Assembly: GCA_030390025.1 (NCBI GenBank)
Contig: CM059432.1
Location: 108,812,001 to 108,876,000, forward strand
Source of the DNA: Squalus acanthias
Lineage: Eukaryota
DNA: 64,000 nucleotides
Direction of reading: 5' to 3'
This document shows, piece by piece, positions 25,401 to 39,460 of the stretch. Below the pieces are notes generated by a model. It saw only the letters and a program-made list of their open reading frames with translations, had not been told where the DNA came from and did not search any database. Made by a program: the position numbers and the translations under genes. How positions within the stretch are numbered: position 1 is the first letter of the stretch; the number at the start of each line of letters is the position of its first letter.

Positions 25401-25535
25401 ACACGCCTCCCAACCCACCACCATAAAAAAGGCATCAGGTGCCAGATGGGGTCATGTTTCTAGATTTTTAATTTTAAATGCCCCCTCTATCCCTCTCCCA
25501 CCCGTCAAGGGAGGGGGGGATGTAACATCGACCTC
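22469..25535. mobile_element. Non-autonomous TIR element (3-bp TSD ATG) inflated by an internal minisatellite
   Basis: Imperfect TIRs TGGGCCGATATT / AACATCGACCTC. ATG at 22466-22468 and 25536-25538. Both arms are colinear with 28713-29702. Confidence 0.7.
22836..25150. repeat. G-rich minisatellite, 43-47 bp unit (gggggcagatcacggggcagaaggctcgggatcactggttcagggtt), roughly 50 copies
   Basis: Tandem repetition seen directly; period 47 between 23761 and 23808. Confidence 0.97.
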
Positions 25536-25855
25536 ATGATCTCAATACTCATTCATATGGTGTGTGCATGTGAAATGTAACTTTCTTGTGTGTTTGTTGG
25601 TAAAATGGTAAGATGAACACCAGAGTGTGAGAGTGTTTTTTGATCGTTGAGTGCTTCACTTCCTTGGTTAATGAATGGTGGCAGATGTTTGTTCAGTAAA
25701 TATATACATGTGAAATACATTTAGCTGTATTGTGTCAGTGTATGTGAGGCGTTTTCTGCTGAAAACTAGTCCATGTGGCTAAAAGGGTATTGCTATAGCC
25801 ACATCTGTGGCTCGTGAGCGATTTCTGTTCGAGGCTGGGTGCATTCAGAATACAT

Positions 25856-26594
25856 GGCCCAGAAATTCCGTTCACAGGCCTCCCACGGGCTGCGATCTGG
25901 AAATATCTGCGCCTGGACCGGAGGGCTCCCGGGAGGCGCAGAGTTCCGTTGCTGGGCCTCTCCAAACTGCCGGTGTGCAGGGCCCACGTATCCCAGAGGC
26001 GCAGGCGGTTCACAGCATCCCTGGGATCACGTGGGCCATGGGGAGCCAATCAGAGAAGGGAATCTCCCTTCATACATTTGACAGGAAGACCTGTCAAATA
26101 TATGAATAGAGATCACCCCAAAACATAGTAAAACTTTAAATAAATTAAAAAAAAACATCACATTTTTAAAATGACTTTAATTTACTAAATAAGTATTTTA
26201 AACAAAAAATTTGAAAAAAATAATTAAAGTTTTTAACGGGGCTAAAAATAAACTTACCTTTCTTTAAAGTATTTTTAAATGATAAATCACTGGAAATTTT
26301 TTTAAAACTTTTTTTCAACTCTTATCCTGGTAAAAGCAGGCCTTACGCCTGTTTTTACCAGGCGCAAGAATTGTAAGGGTTTTCTGCGGGCAGAGGGTCT
26401 CCAAAAAACGGAACTCTCTGCCTGCAGAGGCCCTTCTCCAGGGCAGCCGGAGGATCTGTCAAGAGCTTTCTTGACAGATCGGAAATGCCGGTTTCCAGCG
26501 CATGCGCAGTGCATGCCTAAAACCGACATTTCCGTTGGCCCTACGGGTGAGTACACAGCGCGTACACACCCGTAGAGAACGGAATTTCTGCCCC
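25856..26594. mobile_element. Harbinger-type MITE
   Basis: TIRs GGCCCAGAAATTCCGTTC / GAACGGAATTTCTGCCCC; 3-bp TSD CAT on both sides. Confidence 0.8.
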
Positions 26595-27589
26595 CATATT
26601 TAGTGTTGGTGCAGAGCTGCTTCGGCTTGTTACCAACACTAAATTTGTAGAGTGTAAACCGGGTGTCAAGTCCCAAACTGATTCTCCTCCAGGGAGTCTC
26701 ACTCGTCTTCCCTCCGGTGTCAGATCGGACCCCTAATTCCGGCTTCAGGCTGCATTTACACCATAACCACAGTGCCGGTGTGACGCGACACTCCCGTATC
26801 TTCCTTCTGTTTACTTGAAACATACACGGCCTGTAAACTCTAATAAGAAAGCTGGTAAAAGATCCTAAAACATTAAAGGTAAGCAGAGAAGGGTGAGGCT
26901 TAGAGATAACTGCTCAGTAAAAGCTTGCATCCTGTAAATTCAAGCCTGGCCATAATTATCCTAATTAATAGCCTTTAACTCTGAGCACTTACCAGCCTTT
27001 GTATAGCTGACTGTAATGATTGCTGGTACATAAAGTATATTTTTGGCAGATTCACTGAATGTGTCGGCAGGGCAAAGAGACTCCAGGGAAGAGGCTCTGT
27101 CTGTAATGATCCTAAGAGTGCCAGATTTTACTAACCTCAAGTACATCAGTGTAAGATCATATGTCATCTCCTCAGACCACAACGCTGCTAGTGGTTTGGA
27201 ACTTGAGGAAAGAAGAGATCGCTTTCAGAATTTATACCCCGATTGGTGAGGTTACCCATCAGCACACATAATATAAAACTGGTCCAGTCATTACAAAATA
27301 CTGGGACGGTTTGATTTATTCTGCTTCAGTATGGAGTTTGACTCCTTTATTGAATCATTTGAGAAACATTTCTATATAGTCACAGCTGATCTTCTGCAGT
27401 ACTGCTCGTGGTTAGTCTGAGGTCTGGAGCGTGTGTCTGATGTTGTGCTCCCATCCTGAATCAAGGAGCACAGAGTAGTGGAGCTCAGTGAGTGGGGTGA
27501 AGAACTGGGACTAGCATTGAGGGGCAAACTGTAATAACAACAGTTCCGTGAGAACTATTTTCCCTGGAAGTAACTGAGTGTACTAAACA

Positions 27590-28130
27590 CAGTGAAGGCT
27601 ACAACATCCCGGTTATAGTGCTGAAGACAGTCCCTTAGCCAAGCTGTTCCAGTACAGCTATGACACTGGCAGCTATCTGATAATGTGGAAGATTGCTTAT
27701 CCACAAAAGACAGGATAATACAAACTCAACCAATTAGTGCCCTATCAGCTTCCTCCCAGTCATCAATAAAGGGGTGGAACGAGTCATCAGTAGTGCCATC
27801 AAGCAACACCTACTCTCCAATATCCTGCTCACTGACCCTCACTTTGGATTCACCCACAACCAATTGGCTCCGGACTTCATCACAGCCTTAATGTAACCAT
27901 GCTCACATGAGCTGAATGCCAGCGGAGAGGTGAGAGTAGCTGCTCTCAACTTCAAGACAGCATTTCGACCGAGTATGTCACTAAGGAGTCTCAGAAAAAC
28001 TGATGTCAATGAGGGTCAAAGGGAAAACCCTCCAGTGACTGGAGTCATACCTAACACAAAGGAAGATGGTCAGATGGTTGTGATTGTCGGAAACCAATCA
28101 TCGCAGTCCCAGGACATCACTGCAGGAGTT
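27590..28130 (+). mobile_element. Decayed CR1/L2-clade LINE RT fragment
   Basis: Degenerate RT-like segments (GEVRVAALNFKTAF; SQSQDITAGV). Cut off by a minus-strand CR1 3' end at ~28130-28380. Confidence 0.6.
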
Positions 28131-28712
28131 CATAGGAAGCAGGGACAGGCCATTCAACCCCTCGAGCCTATTCTGTCATTCTATTACATCGTGGCTGATC
28201 TGTACCTCACCCCATTTACCCACCTTTGATCCATATCTCTTGCTACCCTTACCTAATAAAAATCTATCAACCTCAGTCTTGAAAATTTCAATTGACCCAG
28301 CATCCACAGCTTTTTTGGGGAGAAAGTTCCAGATTTCCACTACCCTTTATGTGAAAAAATGTTTCCTTATTTCACTCCTAATGGGTGGGACTTCCATCTG
28401 ATGTACCCATCCCAACCCATTTTCCTGGGTCGGGACTCATTAATTATATATACTTTAATCCATGGGACTTCATTGTAATTTTGAAATGAAGGTAACTAGC
28501 ATTAATCATGCTGGTTTTAAACATGACTTTCTAAGTGCTTGAAACCTTTTCAGTCCTTATCTCTGCACAGCCTACTTTGCTCACATCCAATGCCCACTGT
28601 TTTCATTAGCAACCATTCTGGATGCAGAAAAGAAAGGGTCCCAGTGTAAGGCCAGCCTGGTAGCTCAAGTGGTTGAACACTTGACTCCCAGTCAGAAGAC
28701 TACTGAGACATT

Positions 28713-29702
28713 GGCCCCAATATTTATGGGGTGGAAAGGGGGAGCGTGGTAGTGGGGGGAGGGGTGGTCATCTGGAAACGCCGGGGAGGCGGAAGTCCTC
28801 TTGAATTTAATGGCAGGACCTCATTATAATTCTTTTCTTCCTTTTCCCACCCAGCAGCTGGCCAGATTGACAGGCTGGCCAACTACCGGGTGGAAAGCCG
28901 ACAGCAGGAAGTCATTTGGCACAATCCCCGGCAATCGGGAAAGATCGGGACTTGGTTGGGGTAGGGGGCGGTGTCAGAGCCTGGCAATCAGGAGGTGGGA
29001 GCCAAAGGTCGGGGCTTGGGATCAGTCTCAGTGTGGGTGGGGGTTCAGAGCACGGCAATCGGCAGGGAGGGAGGAAAAGATCACGGCTTGGTGGGGGAGG
29101 GGGTCAGGGGCTGGTCTCAGCCCAGCAATTGGGAGGAAGGGAAAGATCAGGGCTCGGGATCGGAGCTTGGTGAGGGGGATCAGAGCCTGGCAATCTGGAG
29201 GGAAAGATCGGGGCTCGAACGGGGCGGTCGGCCTATGGTGGGGCAGGAGGCTAGAGAATGGGCTTGGAGCGTGTGGTCGGCTGATCGCAGCACCAAGGAG
29301 AGGCCATGATCAGCAGAAAGGAGGTGGTAGGTTTGCTTGAGGGGCTGGGAGGAGGACTCTTGCTCCTTCTGGCCCACAAGGAGTGCGCTATAAAGCACTT
29401 ACCTTCTGCAGCCATCTGATCCCGTCTCCATTTAGCTGCCGGGTTTCTCAAGCCCTGGAAAACCCAGCTGGCAACTGTTAAATTTAATTTAGGTTCCCAA
29501 CATTCACTGTGGGGACCTGATTTAAATATTATAATGAAGTGTCCCGCTTTTCCAAGACGGGATACTCGCACAACATGCTACCCACTGCTGTAAAAATAGC
29601 AGCAGGCGAGTTGGGGACATGTTCCCCGATTTTAAATTTTAACCCCGCCTCCCGACCCTCTCAAGCCCGTTTTGGCGGGGGGGGGAGCTTAATATTGACC
29701 CC
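28713..29702. mobile_element. Non-autonomous TIR element (unexpanded relative of 22469-25535)
   Basis: TIRs GGCCCCAATATT / AATATTGACCCC. Colinear similarity to both flanks of the 22.8-25.1 kb array. Confidence 0.75.
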
Positions 29703-30654
29703 AATAGGTGTTTTTGATTGGTAGAATCTTGTTAGTTATTAGCCATAAGTGCAAGCTATTTCACGTTGCATTGTAGGGTGTGGTGAAGACAGAGGAGAAT
29801 TTGCGTTGTCCAGACTCATCCTTTTATATTGCATCTCTTGACGGGCTAATCACAGAGCAGCCATTGCCATCTGCAACACTTATGAAAGGCTCATGTCCCA
29901 GATCATCCTTCCATGTGGAAGAGCACATATGACAACCTGAGGAGGAGGAAAATACGTGTGGAAAGGTGTCAAAGTAATCCCTGTAGTGGTTCCATTCCAC
30001 AGTCGGCTGATTGCATCATTTAATGTAAAATATAAGCATTTCCATTTAAATTAATACCACATTGTACATGATTCTGAACAGAATCTCACATTCTCCTTTA
30101 TAAACTGTATGAGGAAAGCTTTCAGGTGACGTGAAAACAGCAATTTCTTTCAAGATGTGCTGCTGCTTTTTCATTTTCTCAAACATTTATTTTTTACCAT
30201 TTCACACCTTGTCTGTGTTTTGAAAGCTTGCTAAGTTTCAAGCGCATATATTCCTTCTGATGATATATTGTTCTGGTGGAAAATTTCATTTACTAGCTTT
30301 GCCCTTTGCTGAACCTGTTGCTAGTGGGAAAACACGATGAGCGTATAAGTAGTATCCTACTTCATTTATCATGGATCGTTTTAGATGCTCAAGTATCTCA
30401 GAGAATTTTGTATTCTGCAGTATGAAAGTACCAAACTAGTAGAATCCCATCTGTATAGATGGGAAATTGAGGCAGTGTATTTATATAAAGTTGTATGCTA
30501 ATAAACTTTGTAATATCAACACAATAACTTAAATATTCTGAGTCCACACCAGCAGTTCAGCCTCCATCAGTGCCCATAATTTTCTAGTGGGTGAGGGAGC
30601 TCATTATTGGGGCAGGCTCAGAAAATTTAGCCCAGTACATTATCATAGTTATTA

Positions 30655-31098
30655 GTGTCAGCCGCGGCTCAGTTGGTAGCACTCTCGTATCTGAGTCAGA
30701 AGGTTTTGGGTTCAAGTCCCACTCCAGAAACTTGAGCATGTATTCCAGGCTGACACTTCAGTACAGTACTGAGAGAGTGCTGCACAGTTGTAGGTGCTGT
30801 TTTTCGGATGAGGCATTAAACTTTGGCCCTGTCTGCCCTCTATGGTGGACGTAAAAGACCCCATGGGACTATTCAAAGAAGAGTAGGGGAGTTCTCCCGG
30901 TATCCTGACCAGCATTTATCCCTCAACCAACATCTGAAACAGATTATCCGGTCATTTATTTCATTTCTGTTTGTGGAAGCTTGCTGTGCGCAAATTGGCT
31001 GTCGCATTTCCTACATTACGATAGTGACTACACTTCAAAAGTACTTCATTGGCTGTGGTCATGAAAGGTGCTATATAAATGCAAGGTTTTATTTTTTA
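30655..31098 (+). mobile_element. Near full-length tRNA-derived Deu-domain SINE
   Basis: Pol III A box ggctcagttgg (30666) and B box gttcaagtcc (30710), Deu core, and an L2-like tail gaaaggtgctatataaatgcaag. Confidence 0.9.
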
Positions 31099-32134
31099 TA
31101 AGAATCTGCACAGCTACAAAAATACAGTGACACAGTTGTCATCTGTCCTCTGCTTTAAACTGAGCTTTTGGGACTGCCGGTTCTGAAAAGGATCTCTTGT
31201 TCCTAAAATATTTCTTTTAAGTTGCAATTGAAATCAGTAATTAGTGTTGTAGTTTGCTTTGGTAATATAAAGACACAGAAAATATTTAGTACATTGTGGC
31301 CAGTACTCAATATTCTGGTAGAATTAGTGTTTTGAAATATCTGGAGAGTGGCACATATGCATTTGGTACGATTAAGTAAAAAAAAAATTTGAGGTTGTAG
31401 ACTGCAGAAATTCCCAGATGAAAAAAAATTGAACCCTGGCCAAATGTAAATTGCTTGTAGTCAGTGTAGTAAAAGCTATTACATACACATCACATAGATC
31501 CATCCAAATAACCAGGTCTAATAATATAGTGATAATTGATGCATTAACACAACAGTGCAAGCTATTATGTTAAATTCATGAACACAAATCTTTCTATTTT
31601 GTCATACTGGATTGATTTCTCTCCATTTAACATACTAGATTAATCCACAACCACACACACATATGTATATATATTAAATAAGGCATTTTGTTAATGTCAT
31701 TTATGTACTTTATTCTTTATCTGACTGTGTAAGAAAGTATATCAATGAGAGTACTGTGGATTTAAAATATATCAGACTCAGCTACTGTCCTCGTCATCAA
31801 TATTTCAAGTAGTGACTGTTTTGCCTTCCATCGGAGGAAATAAGAATAACTGTCAGGGAGAACAATTTTAATTGAATATACATGTACAGAAACACATCCC
31901 TACAAAATACACCTGATTGAAAAAGCGTAGGAATAAATCTCCCGGCACTAAGTAGATTAACTGGCTATTCATCTCATTTGTCTACATAACAACAGCGACT
32001 TCACTTCAAAAATATTTAATTAGTTGTAAAGCGCTTTGGGACATTCTGAGGATGTGAAAGGCGCTATATAAATGCAATTTCTTGCTTTCTCAATTTTGCT
32101 GTGTAGTCCACTTCTCTTTATTCAAAGTCACAAT

Positions 32135-32318
32135 GGTAGATTTTGACTTTGTGTGATAGTGTAAAACAGGTGGTAGCAAATCAGCAGCCTGCTTTACAAC
32201 TCTCCTGATCTTTATTTCCATTGAAGTCAATGGAAATAAAAATTGGAAACGATATAAAATGAACTGCCGATTCACTACCACCTATTTTACACTATCGCAC
32301 AACATCAAGATCTACCCC
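32135..32318. mobile_element. Palindromic MITE-like element
   Basis: Long hairpin centred on ttccattgaagtcaatggaa, with ends ggtagattttga / tcaagatctacc. Confidence 0.75.
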
Positions 32319-32749
32319 ACTTAGTTCAAATTATCAGATAATTCAATTTTTTAACACTAAAACGACTTTGAACTCGCAGGAGTTGACATGTATAACCCTT
32401 GTGTTAATCTGTACTGCTAATAGTAAATGACAGTACTGATCTTACTGCAGCATTATACTGGCATTACTAATAATAAGAGCAATAACAGTAATATTAACCC
32501 TTAGATTGCCTGAAGGTCCAGGGAAATTCCTGTTGCCTTGGAAAGACTGGTTCTAGTTTTTTAGCTCAGGTGTATGATATTAACCAAGCATTAATTTTGC
32601 GATAATAAAGCTACTCATACATGAGGGGTCGATTTATTTCTGTAATATTAACCCTAAACAGATAAAATTATAATTAATACAGAATTTTTATTTAGAATGT
32701 TTTAATGTGTTTGCCCTGTTGTCCTATTCTCTCTCTGTCCTTTTTTATC

Positions 32750-33000
32750 TATTCAAAGAAGAGCAGGGGAGTCTCCCCAGTGCCCTGAGTAATATTTATC
32801 CCTCAAGCAACATCACTAATAACAGATTATCTGGTCATTATCACATTGCTGTTTGTGGGAGTTTGCTGTGTACAAATTGGCTGCTGTATTTCCCACTTTA
32901 CAACAGTGACTACATACCAAAAGTACTTCATTGGCTGTGAAGCTCTTTGGGACGTTCTAAGGTTGTGAAAGGCGCTATATAAATGCAAGTTCTTTCTTTC
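32750..33000 (+). mobile_element. Deu-SINE 3' half
   Basis: Matches 30870-31090. Confidence 0.8.
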
Positions 33001-34639
33001 ATATTTTCTGTTTGCCATGTTGCCCTATTCCCTCTTTCTCTCCTATTTTAATTTGTTTGCCCTATTCTCGCCCTCTCTCCTATTTTAACTTGTTTGCCGT
33101 ATTCTCTCCCTCTCTCCTATTCTAACTCCATTGAAGTCACTGTGGTATAAACCGGGCGTCTGACCCGAACCAGCCCATTTCCTGCCCGGCGGTTTACGTT
33201 AAAACTACCCCCTCACTCTCACTTTGCCAGTGGCCTTAAAAAATAGTTTGACTGCAAGCATATTTCAGAACTTTTGCTGTAATTATGACCTGGCTGCTCA
33301 TTACGTGTAGCAGCTGCTTGTATTACATTATTTATTGTGTAACTGGCTACAAAGCGTTGGAGCTGAACATAGCCGGTAATTTTTTGTGAGTCTTGCATGC
33401 ACCAGAACCAGTCCCCTATATCAGACTAAACACAATGTAGTTCTCTGAATGGAAAGGTGTTGTTATTGGAGTCACTACATAGTAATGCTTTCCCCAATGT
33501 ACAGGGGTTGGATGTGAAAACACACATATATTCAAAAGCAGGCGAATGGATGAATTGGAAGGAATCTAAAGTGTGTTAGGTTTAGTGAGTTGTTGCATCA
33601 GATTGCAGAACTAAACTTTATGGAGACTGCCTCCCCCCAGTGACAAGTGTTTTGTGTGTGACCATCTCAGAATGTGGAAGCAGCAAAGTTTAATTTAAAT
33701 GTAAATGTTATTTTTTTGTGTGTAAATAATGAAATGGAATACTGGAATAATACATCACATTACAAACGACTGTTCTCTGGGGTCAAAGTGCATTGTTGGA
33801 AAATAATTATAAAGCAGTTCTGGTGTGAAACTGATGACAGCTTTCTGGGCCTTAAAAGCAGCCATCTCTATGTAATGGTGTAATTGCTTTGAACTTCACA
33901 ATCATAATTGTTATCAAAAATAATCCCAGGGAAAGGCTAATATAAGGTGAGCAGACTATTATATGAGCTCTAATACACTCGATTCCATGAGCAGCAAATG
34001 CAGCCTCTCAATCTCCCGGTGCTTTTAGTGTCAGTCAGAGAGCACTCAGTCATTTCTGTGCATCAAGCCTGCAGTATTGATTTTTCCACTGACTGAAACG
34101 GCCGTATAAGCATAAATTTTGCATGAGGCTTTCACTTTGTAGACTCTCCTTTGGTCAGATGACACATGATGTGAACATGAAGACTGTATAATAACCATGC
34201 ATGGACAACCTACAGGCTTTAAAGCATGGTCTCCCATAACTGTGAAGGACAAAGGCTTGCTGTTCGAATTCAGCAGCTAGAATATGATAGAAACAAATAT
34301 CACTTCCATCTTGGCAGCTTGTGTTTGGTATTTTATTCCGTACAGTATGGTTGATATTGGCAACAGATAGAAATCAGCTTTGTTGAAGTAAAGCTGATAT
34401 AATCAAGGCTAAACATCAAAACATATATCGTCTGAACTTGTTTCTGTAGTGGTTAGATTTCTTTTTAAACCAACCCTTGGGACTAAATATTGTACATTGC
34501 TATTTGATAACATCTTGTATCAAAAAGGAAAAGCTTATCCAGAGATTTCACTGTGTGATAGCAAGGGTGCTGAAGATCTTACCAAACAACACTCTCAACT
34601 CATTATTGTTTCTGTCTCAGTACTACATATTAAATACTA

Positions 34640-36620
34640 CTTGAATGTGTTGTCGCCTCCCCAATCCATGCCCATCTTTCCCACAACTCCAATCAGATTT
34701 CCACCCCTGCCAGAGTACTGAAACAGCCCTTATCAAAGTCACAAATTACATCCTATGTGACTGTGACCATGATATACTATCCCTCCTTATCCTTCTCAAC
34801 CTGTTTGCAGCCTTTGACACGGTTGACCACACCATCCTCTTCCAACATCTCTTCTCCGTCGTCCAGCTGGGCGGGAGAGAGAGATAGAGAGGTATAGCCA
34901 GAGAATCACCTGCAATGGCTTCTCTTCCCACTCAGGTACCGTTACCTCTGGAATCCCCCAAGGATCTATTCTTGGCCCCCTCCTATTTTTCATCTACATG
35001 CTGCCTCTTGGCAACACCATCTGAAAACACAATGTCAGGTTCCACATGTACGCTGACGACACACAGCTCTACCTCACTACCACCTCTCTCAACTCCCCAA
35101 CTGACTCTGATTTGTCACACTGCTTGTCTGACATCCAGTACTGGCTGAGCAGAAATTTCCTCCAACTAAATTTTGGGAAAACCATAGCTATTGGGGGAGA
35201 AATTCAGTATCGCCCCATTTGGGGCGCAATTATCGGCCGGGCGCAAAGTTTAGCGCCTGGCGCTAATTATCGCCTCCGACTGCAAACTTGGCTTTTATCG
35301 CCCCTGGATGTGATTGGAGCGCTAAATCAGGCGCTACACACCTCTCTTAAGGCGCTAACGCTGAGGAGCGAGGTGCTACCTCAGAGTGCTGGCGAAGCTC
35401 ATGTGATGTCAGTCAGCAATGGAACACATACACACTGGCGCCGGCCAGTTCTTATAGGGGAGGGTCGATCTTGCTCTCCATCCACACCCTGCTCATTGCA
35501 GCCTTGAATCTCAGCCTGGAGAGACCTGTACATCAAATCTGCTGGAAAGAACAATGGAGAGACCCTCGGAAAGAGCTCAGAGTGCAGCCCCCATTGTCTC
35601 TTCTAAATCGATGCAAGGAAGGTCAAATCAAAATGAACCTGCAAAGTGCTGCTCAGTACCCAAAACTCCTTCACACAGTGTTGAATCTCTCCAGAAGTCT
35701 CACTCTCTCTCTCAGAATGTGTGGTGCAAAAATGTCAGTGACAAAAAAAGTCAGGAAGCAGCCGCCTTTAAATAGCGTTCCCCCAGTCCCTTCCCGACTG
35801 CAAAACGTTGCCCTCAACCTGTCGTTGCTAGCGGCAGGCGGAAAGACCGGGGGGCGCCACTCAATATCTGGTCCGGGGCGCTACCGGGGCGTTGCACGCT
35901 CGACTGGCGTCACGATCTGCGGGCGCAGGAGATCGTGGCGGTAGTGTTTAGCGCCGCCGCAAAATGTCTGGTCAATTTCACAAGCGGCCCAAACATCACC
36001 GCGCCCGGGCGCTAGTTGCTTTGCGCCCCATTAGTGCCATCTTAGGGCGCTAACGGGAGGTGCAAAGCAACCGAATTTTCCCCCCATTGTCTTTGGTCCC
36101 CACCATAAACTCCATTCCCTAGCCACTAACTCCATCCCTCTCCCTGGCAACTGTCTGAGGCTGAACCAGACCGTTCGCAACCTTGGTGTCGCATTTGACC
36201 CCGAGGTGAGCTTTCGACCACATATCTGCTCCATCACCAAGACCACCTGCCTTTGTTACCTCTAGACTTGACTATTCCAAAGTCTTCCTGGCTGGCCTTC
36301 CATCTTCCACCCACATAAACTTTCTTTCTTAAACTTGAGCTCATCCAAAACTCTGTTGCCCATATCCTAATTTGCACCAAGTCCCGTTCACCCATCACTC
36401 CTGCGCTCGCTGACCTGCATTGGCTCCTGTTCCAGCAACGCCTCAAATTAAAAATTCTCATCCTGCTTTTCAAATCCCTCCATGGCTTCTCCACTCCCTA
36501 TCTCTGTAACCTCCTTCAGCCCTAACAAGCCTTCGAGATCTCTGCGCTCCTCCAATTCTGGCCTCTTGCGCATCCCTGATTTTAATCGCTCCAGCATTGC
36601 CAACCACGCCTTCAGCTGTC
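34640..36620 (+). mobile_element. Decayed L2 LINE, interrupted by a MITE
   Basis: [47 protein letters not shown], and 3' HITP..LADLHWL motifs. Confidence 0.88.
35193..36085 (-). mobile_element. 893-bp non-autonomous derivative of the 16754-20830 Harbinger
   Basis: Both ends match the full-length element in inverted orientation. TSD ATT at 35190-35192 and 36086-36088. L2 sequence rejoins across the site. Confidence 0.92.
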
Positions 36621-37920
36621 ACTGACCTCATCTCCTCTGGAGAGCCTCCCTCCAGGGCCACCAACCTCCTAGTCCCCCAATCCTGCACAGCCCACTTCTA
36701 CCTCCTTTCCAAGATCCACAAACAGGACTGCCCTGGTAGATCATCGTTTCAGCCTGTTCTTGCCCCATGGAACTGATTTCTTCCTATCTCGACTATTTTT
36801 TCTCCCATTGTCCAGTCTCTTCCCACCTACATCCGCAACTCTTCCGACGCCCTCCGCCACTTTAACAGTTTCCAGTTTCCTGGCCCCAACCGCCTCCTTT
36901 TCACTATGGACGTACAATCCCTCTACACCTCCATCCCCCACCAGAACGGCCTGAGGGCGCTTCACTTCTTCCTTGAACAGAGGCCCAACCAGTCCCCATC
37001 CACAACCACCCTCCTCCGCCTGGCTGAACTTGTTCTCACATTGAACAACTTCTCCTTTGACTCCACTCACTTCATCCAAATTAAAGGTGTTGCTATGGGA
37101 ACCTGCATGGGTCCTAGCTATGCCTGCCTTTTTGTGGGATTTGTGGAACGTTCTTTGTTCCAGTTCTACTCAGGTCCCCTCCCTCACCTCTTTTTCCAGT
37201 ACATTTGATGACTGTATCGATGCCATTTCCTGCTCTCACCTGAACTAGAAAATTTCATTCACTTTGCTTCCACTTTCCACCCTTCCCTCACCTTCACATG
37301 GTCCATCTCCGACTCTTCCCTTCCCTTCCTCGACTTTTCTGTCACCATTTCTGGGGATAGGCTATCGACAAACATCCACTATAAGCCCACTAACTCCCAC
37401 AGCTACCTGGATTACACTTCCTCCCACCCCACTTCCTGTAAGGACTCTATTCCATTCTCCCAGTTTCTTCGTCTCCATCGCATCTGTTCTGACGATGCCA
37501 CCTTCCATACTAGTGCTTCCGATATGTCTTCCTTTTTCCTCAACCGAGGATTCCCTCTAACGTGGCTGACACGGCCCTTGACCGTGTCTGTCCTGTTTCC
37601 CGCACTTCTGCTCTCACCCCGTCTCCTCCCTCCCAGAACCACGATAGGGTTCCCCTTGTCCTCACCTTTCATTCCACCAGCCTCCACATTCAACGGATCA
37701 TCCTCCGCCATTTCCGCCACCTCCATCGTGATCCCACCACGAAACTCATCTTCCCCTCCCCTCCCCTTTCATCATTCCGAATGGACCATTCCCTCCACGA
37801 CACCTCAATCACCCCTCACACCCCCTCCCCTTCCCATGGCACCTTTCCGTGCAAGCGCAGGAGATGCAACACCTGCCCTTTTACCTCCTCCCTTCCCAAT
37901 GTCCAGGGCCCCAAACACTC

Positions 37921-38809
37921 AGATGACACAAAACTTGGAAGCAGAGTGAACAGTGAGGAGGATAGTGATAGACTTCAAGTAGACATAGACAGGCTGGTGA
38001 AATGGGCGGACACGTGGCAGATGAAATTAAACGCAGAAAAGTGCGAAGTGATACATTTTGGTAGAAAGAATGAGGAGAGGCAATATAAACTCAAGGGTAC
38101 AATCCTAAAGGGGGTGCATGAACAGAGAGACCTCGGGGGAAATGTGCACAAATTGTTGAAGGTGGCAGGGCAGGTTGAGAAAGCATACAGGATACTGGGC
38201 TTCATAAATAAAGGAATTGAGTACAAAAGCAAGGAAGTTATGATGCACCTTTATAAAACACTGGTTCAGCCTCAACTGGAGCATTGTGTCCATTTCTGGG
38301 CACCGCACTTTAGGAAGGATGTGAAGGCCTTAGAGAGGGTGCAGAAAAGATTTACGAGAATGATTCCAGGGATGAGGGACTTCAGTTATGTGGATAGACT
38401 AGAGAAGCTGGGGTTGTTCTCCTTAGAGCAGAGAAGGTTGCGAGGAGATTTGCTGGAGGTGCTCAAAATCATGAGAGGTCTAGACAGAGTAGATAGAGAG
38501 AAACTGTTCCCATTGGCAGAAGGGTCACAGATTTAAGGTGATTGGCAAAAGAACCAAAGGTGACATGAGGAAAAACTTTTTTACGCAGCGAGTGGTTAGG
38601 ATCTGGAATGCACTGTAGGTGGAGGCAGACTCAATCGTGACTTTCAAAAGGGAATTGGATAAGTACCTGAAGGAAAAAAATTTGCTGGGCTACGGGGAAT
38701 GGGCGGGGGCGTGGAACCAGCTGAAGTGCTCTTGCAGAGAGTCAGCATGGGCTCGACGGGCCGAATGGCCTCCTGCTGTGCTGTAACCATTCTATGATTC
38801 TATGATTCT
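37921..38809 (+). mobile_element. 5'-truncated CR1 inserted in the Penelope element
   Basis: Begins at DDTKLG and ends in a (tatgattc)n tail. TSD AACACTC at 37914-37920 and 38810-38816. Confidence 0.93.
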
Positions 38810-39180
38810 AACACTCCTTCCAGGTGAAACAGTGATTTACTCGTACTTCTTGCAATTTAGTATACTATTCGCTGCTCATGATGCGGTCTCCTCTACATTG
38901 GGGAGACTAAACGCAGATTGGGTGACCACTTTGCAGAGCACCTCCGTTCAGTCCATAAGCGTGACTCCGAGCTTCCGGTCACCTGTCACTTCAATTGTCC
39001 GCACCACTCCCACTCTGACCTCTCTGTCCTCGGCCTCTTACACTGTTCCAACGAAGCTCAACGTAAGCTCGAGGAACAGCACCTCATCTTTCGATTAGAC
39101 ACTTTACAGTGTCTGGACTCAACATCGAGTTCAACAATTTCAGACCATAACCTCTGCCCTTATTTTTTCACATGGCAGCT

Positions 39181-39460
39181 GTTTAAGGTGATTGGCAGAC
39201 GAACCAGAGGCGACATGAGGAAAAACTTTTTTCGCAGCGAGTGGTTATGATCTGGAATGCACTGCTTGAGAGGGTGGTGGAGGCAGACTCAATTGTGGCT
39301 TTCAAAAGGGAGTTGGATATATACCTGAAGGAAAAAAATGTGCAGGGCTACGGGGAAAGGGTGGGGGAGTGGGACTAGCTGAAGTTCTCTTGCAGAGAGC
39401 TGACACTGGCTCGATGGGCCAAATGGCTTCCTTCTGTGCTGTAACCATTCTATGATTCTA
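39181..39460 (+). mobile_element. Short CR1 3' end
   Basis: Close match to 38532-38809, including the tail. Confidence 0.88.

Noticed and set aside
23078..25426. Repetitive GADHGAEGSGSLV ORFs
   Set aside because: Translations of a 43-47 bp repeat whose unit length is not a constant multiple of 3.
30661..30730. tRNA gene
   Set aside because: It is the SINE head and continues directly into the Deu core.
33015..33125. Short ~31-bp pyrimidine-rich tandem repeat
   Set aside because: Only 3-4 degenerate copies; ordinary low-complexity sequence.
37562..38536. 324-aa Penelope-CR1 fusion ORF
   Set aside because: A chance in-frame junction created by the CR1 insertion; neither domain is complete.
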